Below are positions 18,775 to 25,990 of a stretch of 43,831 bases of DNA, piece after piece (position 1 is the stretch's first letter; the number at the start of each line of letters is the position of its first letter). The notes under the pieces were generated by a model. That model ran no database searches, was not told the DNA's origin, and worked only from the letters and a program-made list of their open reading frames with translations. The translations under genes were made by a program, and so were the position numbers. The DNA comes from Candidatus Microgenomates bacterium (lineage in GTDB: Bacteria; Patescibacteriota; Microgenomatia; JACPZF01): the NCBI GenBank assembly GCA_016199065.1, contig JACQHK010000047.1, positions 1-43,831 of the forward strand. The letters are read 5' to 3'.

Positions 18775-19926
18775 TTAGGCGCTGTGGTAATCCATTTTTA
18801 TAACATCCATCACTCTCTGTAAGGGAGACATCTTAAATCTTTGATTAATCATTTCTGCATGGTTCTGAAATTGGGCTTCGAAGCCTGGGCGGATACCAAT
18901 TTTTACCACCTGGTCAAAGTTGGTACCGTTTCTTACCTGTCTTCCAAAACTCCTCGCATCTATCTCATCAGGGCTGGTAAAGTAGGTTAAGACAGAAGCG
19001 GCAGTTGCCGAAGTTATAAAAGGTAAATGCTCTGTAGCCGGAATGCCTAAAACTCTTCCGATCTGAAGGACAGAAGAAACTGCCATTCCGGCTGCAAGCG
19101 GAACACCCATCTGATAAGCTTTTGATAAAACAGTGTGTCTGTTTTTTTGAGCAACGTGCCTTGTTTCATGACCCAAATATTCTTTAAAACGCTGAGCAAC
19201 AGTTTCGTGATATAACCCGGCATCCATCTCTTTTGACCCAAATAAATCGTCGCTTTTAATCTGATGTGTAACTAAACGATAAGCCTGATGAGGAAAAAAG
19301 ATAATTCTGTTTTTAGATAAATTCACCGGTCCATAGGCAGCAAAGGACAGAGTTTTATCAATAAACCAGGAAGAATAATAAGAAACTGCTTCTTTAAGAT
19401 TTGTAAACCCGTGTGATATTTTTTCCCGGGAAATATTTTTCCGTAAAAAGGAGGCAGCTCTTATTCTCCGGTTCTTGTTTAATACTTTTGTTTTAACACC
19501 ATCTGTTGGTTCAACCCCCATCAAAAAATCTTTAAAAGCGGCCAATGTTTCATGAACGCGATGAGAAATTTCCGGCAGTTTTACATCCATCAATGGACTG
19601 CCCGAGGAAAGCGTCTGACCGGCCATCTCCTGAAAATCCTGATAATCAATAATCAAACTCAAACCATTTTTAGGAAGTTTTACTCCCATTTCGCAAACGA
19701 AATCGTAGAGTCTTTCGGCGTCGACTTCCATCACGATGGGGCAGTTTTCCTGGTTTCCTCTTTGTTCAACACTTACTGCTCCGTTTTTGCCGCGAAATGT
19801 TTCTCTTATAAAGGGAATAGGATCATAGGCAGGGCCAACCGTTCCTTCTTCAAGAATTACACCGCTAGCTCTTCTTGGGGAAAACCGTTGTTCTATTTCT
19901 GTTAACCCAGTTTTATTCTCTGACAT
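18775..19926 (-). CDS. hypothetical protein, putative zinc metallopeptidase
   Basis: GHETRH (HExxH) with downstream PDEIDA; two hydrophobic stretches between them. Confidence 0.5.
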   Translation of the reverse strand: MSENKTGLTEIEQRFSPRRASGVILEEGTVGPAYDPIPFIRETFRGKNGAVSVEQRGNQENCPIVMEVDAERLYDFVCEMGVKLPKNGLSLIIDYQDFQEMAGQTLSSGSPLMDVKLPEISHRVHETLAAFKDFLMGVEPTDGVKTKVLNKNRRIRAASFLRKNISREKISHGFTNLKEAVSYYSSWFIDKTLSFAAYGPVNLSKNRIIFFPHQAYRLVTHQIKSDDLFGSKEMDAGLYHETVAQRFKEYLGHETRHVAQKNRHTVLSKAYQMGVPLAAGMAVSSVLQIGRVLGIPATEHLPFITSATAASVLTYFTSPDEIDARSFGRQVRNGTNFDQVVKIGIRPGFEAQFQNHAEMINQRFKMSPLQRVMDVIKMDYHSA

Positions 19927-19947
19927 GAAATCATTTATTCACCTTTG

Positions 19948-20364
19948 CTATTTCCGGCAATCTTTACATAAACCATAAAATTCCAGTGAGTGATGTTTAA
20001 TCAGAAATTCTGAGCGCTTGGTAATTTTTTCTTCCAGAGTCTCTAAAGAACAATTTTCAATATCTTCAATCTTTCCGCAATTTTGACAGACCAAATGATG
20101 GTGATGCTTTAACGAGGATAACTCATAACGATATTTGCCTTCATGAAGCTCCAGTTTTTTTACCAAACCGACCGTTAAAAATGAGTCCAAAACCCGATAC
20201 ACGGTTGTCAGATTGGTTTTTAAATCTTTCTTTTTTAAATAGTTCATGATTTCCAAAACATCCACCGGTTCAGAATTTTTTTGTAAAAATTCCAAAATCG
20301 CCACCCTTGCAGCGGTGTTTTTTAGGTGATTATTTTTAATCAGTTGTATCGGCTCTATTTTCAT
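19948..20364 (-). CDS. Fur/Zur family transcriptional regulator
   Basis: TTVYRVL, HHHHLVCQNCG, YGLCKDC. Confidence 0.93.
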   Translation of the reverse strand: MKIEPIQLIKNNHLKNTAARVAILEFLQKNSEPVDVLEIMNYLKKKDLKTNLTTVYRVLDSFLTVGLVKKLELHEGKYRYELSSLKHHHHLVCQNCGKIEDIENCSLETLEEKITKRSEFLIKHHSLEFYGLCKDCRK

Positions 20365-20424
20365 ACCCCGTATTTTAGCAAATTATCATCCACATTGGAG
20401 GCTGTAAGAGATTTAGAGGTCAAA

Positions 20425-21054
20425 TTATTTATAGATCACCATTAAATGATCGCTGGATTGGGCAGCATTGATCGACCAGGCGGGTAATAATTTTTCCCAG
20501 GGAATTTTATATCGGGTGTCTTTTTTGTCACGATCAGGGTTTATTACGAAAGCGTTTTCTTCGTCATAACCTTCAATAATATAATAGTGTCCGTTGTGCC
20601 AGTTCTTCCAATAAGTATTTAACGAAGCAGTGTTGGCAGAAATAAAAACCGGATTTTTCTTATCAAGCCAGGATTGCACACGACTGATTTTGGGCTGTTC
20701 CCAGATTAATTCTCCACCTTTTTCTACGTAATTTTTACAGGTTTGAAAGGTAGATTTATGCCCAGGAGAAAGCTTAATCTTGCGGAAATAATCAAGTGTA
20801 ATTCTGGTACCGAAGGGTAAATTTAAGGAAGCAAAAAGAGGAAGGTGTAAAGTGTACGCAGTTGCTTTGTAACCTTTTTCCATCGCCAACACCGCCAGGT
20901 CCGTTGAATAAGTACCAAAACTATGCATCTTTACTTTTTTGGCAAGTTCTTTCTCAGTAACTTTTTCTCCGTAAAAACCAAGGATCATCCGCAAAACTGC
21001 CACACCGCAAGTCAGACTGCGTTCCTGTTCAAAAAAGGGAACGTTGAGAATCAT
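20425..21054 (-). CDS. C39-like cysteine peptidase
   Basis: VPFFEQ...TCG, GHY.II.GYD, NP. Confidence 0.8.
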   Translation of the reverse strand: MILNVPFFEQERSLTCGVAVLRMILGFYGEKVTEKELAKKVKMHSFGTYSTDLAVLAMEKGYKATAYTLHLPLFASLNLPFGTRITLDYFRKIKLSPGHKSTFQTCKNYVEKGGELIWEQPKISRVQSWLDKKNPVFISANTASLNTYWKNWHNGHYYIIEGYDEENAFVINPDRDKKDTRYKIPWEKLLPAWSINAAQSSDHLMVIYK

Positions 21055-21057
21055 AAA

Positions 21058-22431
21058 TTACTTGTTCTTTGCCACAATCTTGATTTGGGTTACTTCGGCA
21101 AAACCGTATTTTCCGTGTTCTCTGCCGAAACCAGAGTTTTTGTATCCCCCGAAGGGATTAAAGGGCATAATGTAGTTGACCCCGTTCACACTCACCATTC
21201 CCGCTTCGAGAGCAGAAGAAACTCGGGTGGCTTTTTCTTTATCTTTAGTAAAAACATAAGAACCCAAACCATAAGCCGTACCGTTGGCCAAGGCCACCGC
21301 TTCTTCTTCTGTATTAAATTTTACAATCGGCAAAACCGGCCCGAAAACTTCCTCGTTCCAGATCCTCATGTCTTTGGTCACACCGGTTATCACCGTGGGT
21401 TCAAAAAAAGCACCTCCCAATTTTTTCTCCAAAGAATGTCCGCCCGTTTCAATTTTGGCACCCTGCACAAAAGCGTCCTTAACTTGTTCAAGAAGTAAAT
21501 CGAGTTGCCTTTTGGCCACCAAGGGACCAATCTGCGTTTCTTTATCATCGGCTTTCCCGATTTTTTTAGAACTAAAAATCTTGGTTACTTTTTTAACCAC
21601 TTCGTCAAAAACTTCTTCCCCAACAATCAATCTTTTTAACCCGTCGCAACACTGACCCGCGTTTAATAATCTCTGCTCACACACCCCGCTGGTTGCCTGA
21701 TCCAAATCGGCATCGCTAAAAATTATTCCCGGGGCAGAACCACCGAGTTCCATCACCGCCTTGATAAATTTCCTGCCCGCGGTTTCATACAAATATTTTC
21801 CGGTTTTGGTACTGCCCGTAAAGGCAATCATATTAATGTTGTCATTAACCAGAAGTTTCCCAACTTCACCATTTCCATAAACTTCGTTAAAAACTCCCGT
21901 GGGCAGATGGTGGTTTAACACGTACTCGATAAATTTTCCAGACAGTGGGCATTCTTCCGAGTGTTTAAAAACCAAGGTGTTGCCGGCGACCAAACTTTGC
22001 AATCCTCCCCAAACAAAATTAGCAAAGGGGAAATTCCAGGGAACAATCACTGCTGCCACACCGATAGGTTCATAAAAAACCTGGTGAATTTCTGTGTCGT
22101 TTTCAAAAGTGGTTTCGGGGGATAAATATTTTTCGGCGTTGTCGAAATACCAATTCGCGTAATCCATCGTGCCGTCCACGTCAATCAAAGCTTCCGACAA
22201 AGGCATTCCCATTTCGCGGCTTTCCAGAAGCGCCAATTCTTTTTTCCTCTCCAAAAACTCACCAAAAGCTTTTCTTAACATCTCCACCCTTTTTGCTACT
22301 CCTAATTCTCTCCATTCTTTTCTCATCTGTTGCGCGAGTGCTACTTTTTGCGAAACTTTTTCTTTGGTCGATACAACCACTTCTCCGAGAAGTTCATAAG
22401 TTGAGGGATTTATGGATTTTAGGGTTTGCAT
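21058..22431 (-). CDS. NAD(P)-dependent aldehyde dehydrogenase (succinate-semialdehyde-dehydrogenase-like)
   Basis: PWNFP, FTGS, ELGG, NAGQCC, EEVFGP, PFGGYK.SG.GREHG. Confidence 0.95.
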   Translation of the reverse strand: MQTLKSINPSTYELLGEVVVSTKEKVSQKVALAQQMRKEWRELGVAKRVEMLRKAFGEFLERKKELALLESREMGMPLSEALIDVDGTMDYANWYFDNAEKYLSPETTFENDTEIHQVFYEPIGVAAVIVPWNFPFANFVWGGLQSLVAGNTLVFKHSEECPLSGKFIEYVLNHHLPTGVFNEVYGNGEVGKLLVNDNINMIAFTGSTKTGKYLYETAGRKFIKAVMELGGSAPGIIFSDADLDQATSGVCEQRLLNAGQCCDGLKRLIVGEEVFDEVVKKVTKIFSSKKIGKADDKETQIGPLVAKRQLDLLLEQVKDAFVQGAKIETGGHSLEKKLGGAFFEPTVITGVTKDMRIWNEEVFGPVLPIVKFNTEEEAVALANGTAYGLGSYVFTKDKEKATRVSSALEAGMVSVNGVNYIMPFNPFGGYKNSGFGREHGKYGFAEVTQIKIVAKNK

Positions 22432-22469
22432 GTGATGAAATTATAGCAAAAAATTTATGAGATGATCTG

Positions 22470-23636
22470 TTAAGAATTTTGGTTGATAATATTTTTTGCG
22501 CGCTGGTATATTTGATCAAATGTAATAATCTCTGGTCTAAACAAATTTTTTCTAAAATATTCGAAGCACGATAATTTATCGGTATTACCAATTTCCCCGT
22601 TTTCATCTGTAAATTCGTCTCTCATGCTCCCCATCAGTAAAAAGCATTTTGGTTCGAAGCAAAATACCTCCTCTCCTGTTCTATTACCATTGTCATCCTT
22701 TATCTCTATTAGTTCAGTAATATTACCAACTGTTATTCTTATATATTGTTGACACTGGGCAATTGCTCCAGTAAGTTCATCGCTTACTTGCCAAACATTA
22801 CTTATTCTATACATTTTATCATTCATCAATCTCTTTTTGTGTGTTTTTATTTCGACAATATTAAAAAACTGTGCAATCCCCAAAGTTTTCAATATACCAT
22901 CAGGTTTTTTCCCATGACTTAAAAAATCGTTTCCTTTTAATACTTGTTGTAGTTGTTCTTTCTTGATTGCGGCATTGAATACATACTCAAGACCATAACC
23001 GAAAATCCATTTATTGTCTTCAAAAAATTGTTGCCAAACATCTTCGTCTCTTTGCTTTTTCCACTCACTTTTTATTTTAGCAAAAGCGTTCGCGTCTTCT
23101 AATAAATTTTTAAAAAAATCAAGTGATTTTCTTTTTTTCGAAATATTTCCAATATCTCCCATATTAATTAAACCCCTGGACTCTGCTAGCTCGGCAATAA
23201 TTTTAAACCCTTTCTCATCAGACAAAATCGTTGTTAAATGCTTCTTTAATTTTGTCTCGTCCTTAATCACGCCCGCATCTAATATAAGACTTCTATTTGA
23301 TACTGAGGTAAGATCTAGAGAGGAAAAGATTTGAAGCAAATTCAATACACCTTTAAATCCTAATGTAGATAAATTAATTTTCTCAACCAATTTTCCGTTT
23401 GATAGTTTTGATATTTGAACCCCCGTAATTGCTTCATCGTGCGCGATGTAAGTAAGACGAACTTCTATTTTGGGAGATATAACCAGTCCTACGTCATAAT
23501 AAAGATCTTCTTCATTAAAAACAGTACTTACATATTTACCTTCACCCTTAGGAAAATCTGCTACGTAAATTTTCCCAATTTTTTTATTAGCTATGATAGT
23601 AGACTCGTCTGCTTGAAAAAAATCAAAAATTCCCAT
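22470..23636 (-). CDS. sduA: Shedu anti-phage nuclease (DUF4263 family)
   Basis: EDVWQQFFEDNKWIFG, PD...VEIKT, ELTGAIAQCQQY, EIITFDQI: PD-(D/E)xK core with the Shedu QxxxY motif; AT-rich. Confidence 0.85.
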   Translation of the reverse strand: MGIFDFFQADESTIIANKKIGKIYVADFPKGEGKYVSTVFNEEDLYYDVGLVISPKIEVRLTYIAHDEAITGVQISKLSNGKLVEKINLSTLGFKGVLNLLQIFSSLDLTSVSNRSLILDAGVIKDETKLKKHLTTILSDEKGFKIIAELAESRGLINMGDIGNISKKRKSLDFFKNLLEDANAFAKIKSEWKKQRDEDVWQQFFEDNKWIFGYGLEYVFNAAIKKEQLQQVLKGNDFLSHGKKPDGILKTLGIAQFFNIVEIKTHKKRLMNDKMYRISNVWQVSDELTGAIAQCQQYIRITVGNITELIEIKDDNGNRTGEEVFCFEPKCFLLMGSMRDEFTDENGEIGNTDKLSCFEYFRKNLFRPEIITFDQIYQRAKNIINQNS

Positions 23637-23703
23637 TGTTTTTGGTTAAAGCATGTTAATATAGGCATATTTTACACCAAGGAAATTAGTAAGCAAAAAA
23701 TAT

Positions 23704-23742
23704 TTATCTCACCTTAAACAATTCTCTATCAGGATAAACCGA
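23704..23742 (-). repeat. degenerate copy 2 of the last 13 codons of the A2M gene
   Basis: TCGGTTTATCCTGATAGAGAATTGTTTAAGGTGAGATAA vs A2M end TCCGGCCACTCCGACGGAGGATGGTTTGAGGTGAGATAG; 26/39 by eye, 21/27 in the 3' part. Confidence 0.6.
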
Positions 23743-23762
23743 ACCCAAAGATTCCGTACGTA

Positions 23763-23796
23763 AGTAATTCCCACACTCCAGTGCGCGAGAATTACT
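23763..23796. repeat. 34-bp hairpin repeat, copy B
   Basis: AGTAATTCCCACACTCCAGTGCGCGAGAATTACT; 33/34 identical to 25901-25934. Confidence 0.92.
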
Positions 23797-23838
23797 GACA
23801 AACAAGTTTTCTCCCAATTAGTCCCACATTTCCAACTA

Positions 23839-24723
23839 TTAACATTTCGGAAAATTTATTTGCTCTAATGTAAAATTAAAGTTTTCGCTTTCATCTTTGA
23901 GCCTTTTGACAGAAGTAAAGCAATAATCAAGATTATTATCCACAAGAATTGCATTTCTCCCTAAACGAACCGCAGCAATCGCTGTTGTTCCCGAACCCCC
24001 AAAAGGATCCACTATGGTACCACCATTAGGTGATAATAGTTTAATAAAAAAAGATGGCAATCCCACTGGGAAAACGGCGGGGTGATTATAATTTTTTCCA
24101 ACAAGAGGAAGCACTATTACGTTTGAAGGCAACACGTCTTTTTTTCCAATCCATCTCGAAAGGTCTCTACCGAATCCGCTGTTATTTTCGGAATTATGCC
24201 TGGCGAGATCTTTTCCATTTAATTTTGAGAGACGGGATTCCGCCCAATCACCTAGCGATATTTTTACAGCGTTCTGATTGATATAAGGTTTTGTAGTTTT
24301 AGCTAAATGAAAACAATACTCCCAACCATCCCTTAATCGTGTTGGCCAATAACCCGGCATTGGATTTGTTTTGTACCAAATATAATCTTCAATCGCGAAC
24401 CATCCCAGTTCTGACAGTTTTTCGATAGTTTTCCAAACGTATCTATTTCTTACTCCATTTTCTACCTTATCTTTTATGTTAATTACCAAACTACCATTTG
24501 GTTTTAGAATATGGAAAAATGCATTGTGAAAGCTTGAAAACCATTCTACAAATTCGTCCGGGCTTATACTATCATAATGCTTCTTGCGAGCATCTGCGTA
24601 TGGTGGAGAAGTTATAATTAAATCAGCTATTTGACCTAATGGAGGCAAAACACTTCTGCTATCGCCAAAGATAATATTACACTTTACTTTTGTCCTCTTT
24701 ATACTTTTAGACTTGTTAACCAT
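23839..24723 (-). CDS. beta-class amino DNA methyltransferase (probably N4-cytosine)
   Basis: TSPPY (motif IV) precedes HPAVFP and DPFGGSGTT (motif I). Confidence 0.93.
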   Translation of the reverse strand: MVNKSKSIKRTKVKCNIIFGDSRSVLPPLGQIADLIITSPPYADARKKHYDSISPDEFVEWFSSFHNAFFHILKPNGSLVINIKDKVENGVRNRYVWKTIEKLSELGWFAIEDYIWYKTNPMPGYWPTRLRDGWEYCFHLAKTTKPYINQNAVKISLGDWAESRLSKLNGKDLARHNSENNSGFGRDLSRWIGKKDVLPSNVIVLPLVGKNYNHPAVFPVGLPSFFIKLLSPNGGTIVDPFGGSGTTAIAAVRLGRNAILVDNNLDYCFTSVKRLKDESENFNFTLEQINFPKC

Positions 24724-24729
24724 TTTTAA

Positions 24730-25668
24730 CTAATTAGTAGCAATAAACTTCATAAATTTAATTTTATCTATCTTCCTTTCTTCGTTTAATAAATTAAGTT
24801 TTTTAAATCTTTCTTTTAATAAGAGTGAGCATTCTTTTCTGTTTTTCAACGTGTAAAATGGCAAATACTTGCTTACTAGAGACATTGACAATTTATATAT
24901 ATCAGTAGCCGGCCGACCTGTTATATATGGGAATAAAAATCCTGGTTCCCACGATTCACAGTTTGGAGAGTATGGTAGTCCTTGATTGTTTAATTTTATG
25001 TGTCTGCTTTCCTTATATTCTTTAACTTTCCCATTTGGAGGAGTCGCATAACCAAACACACAAATATATGGCCTTGTAACATTAATCTCTGATTTTGCAA
25101 TATTTTCTAGTCTTAAAATAACTCCTGGTATATCTTGTCCACCAACAGTATCTGATGATTTTTTTACTGATGCATATAATCTCAATCCCGAAGAATATTT
25201 TGGAGTTTTTAAATCAGCAACTAGATCACCTTCTCTTGACCCATCAAAAACCGCTTCGATATTTGAATTTTTTGCATTTGAGCTTATCCTCATCAACTCG
25301 ATGGCCAGATATTGATAAAAAACACCAATCTTCATTCTTTGACGTTGCATTTCGTGAGGAATTGCATCTAAATCAAATATCTCGTCGACTTCGCAAGAAG
25401 AATAAAAAAAGGGCGAAAGTATGGGGCAACTTCTTAGTTTCAAATGTTTTATACATAAATCAACGAGTTCTTTCGGGGAAGAATTAACTCGTCTAAGACT
25501 TCCTTTTTTGTCTGTTATTGTTCTCTTAAAAGCAATTTCTACCGCTACTAATACTTCCTTATCTGTTAATGGAAGGTCTTGTTTTGGAAATAGACCATGT
25601 GCTGACAAAAGAGTATCTCCTTCTCTGGGATATGGTTGTAATGTAAATTTATTTCTACTCGAAGGCAT
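24730..25668 (-). CDS. putative Type II restriction endonuclease
   Basis: 6 bp upstream of the MTase and co-oriented; EGDLVAD...ASVKKSSDT resembles a variant PD-(D/E)xK site; AT-rich. Confidence 0.65.
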   Translation of the reverse strand: MPSSRNKFTLQPYPREGDTLLSAHGLFPKQDLPLTDKEVLVAVEIAFKRTITDKKGSLRRVNSSPKELVDLCIKHLKLRSCPILSPFFYSSCEVDEIFDLDAIPHEMQRQRMKIGVFYQYLAIELMRISSNAKNSNIEAVFDGSREGDLVADLKTPKYSSGLRLYASVKKSSDTVGGQDIPGVILRLENIAKSEINVTRPYICVFGYATPPNGKVKEYKESRHIKLNNQGLPYSPNCESWEPGFLFPYITGRPATDIYKLSMSLVSKYLPFYTLKNRKECSLLLKERFKKLNLLNEERKIDKIKFMKFIATN

Positions 25669-25740
25669 TTATTTTTAATATACAAATTAAATAATTAAGT
25701 GAATTGCTAAAAATATATTCGTATTAAATTACTTCACAAG

Positions 25741-25764
25741 AAAAAAAGCAACATAGGCGATTGC
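25741..25764 (-). terminator. putative intrinsic terminator following A2M-end copy 1
   Basis: Minus strand GCAAT-cgcctat-GTTGC followed by 7 T; an overlapping hairpin lies just upstream (to ~25787). Confidence 0.45.
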
Positions 25765-25812
25765 CACCCACCTGCAAGGCGCGGTAGATTCATATCTGTA
25801 GAATAAACACCT

Positions 25813-25851
25813 CTATCTTACCTCAAACCATCCCCCATCAGAATTGCCAGA
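25813..25851 (-). repeat. copy 1 of the last 13 codons of the A2M gene (SGNSDGGWFEVR*)
   Basis: 32/39 nt identical to 25991-26029 (SGHSDGGWFEVR*); 6 of 7 differences at third codon positions. Confidence 0.88.
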
Positions 25852-25900
25852 ATCACACTGTCTGAAAAGATGAATATAAAACTATTAGCAATAAAAGTGA

Positions 25901-25934
25901 AGTAATTCCCACACTCCAGTGCGCGGGAATTACT
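25901..25934. repeat. 34-bp hairpin repeat, copy A
   Basis: AGTAATTCCC-ACACTCCAGTGCGC-GGGAATTACT; perfect 10-bp stem, extendable by G.U pairs on the minus strand. Confidence 0.92.
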
Positions 25935-25990
25935 GCAATAATTACTTCTACCTACGTGTTTTATAACGCCTGTATAAAAAATTAATTCCG

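Noticed and set aside
20365-20400. Fur box upstream of the Fur-family gene
   Set aside because: Only one GATAAT half-site; no convincing 7-1-7 or 19-bp inverted repeat.
23763-25934. CRISPR repeats (34 bp, palindromic)
   Set aside because: Only two copies, 2.1 kb apart, no spacer periodicity and no cas genes.
23763-25934. Integron attC sites
   Set aside because: No RYYYAAC...GTTRRRY boxes, shorter than typical attC, and no IntI in the window.
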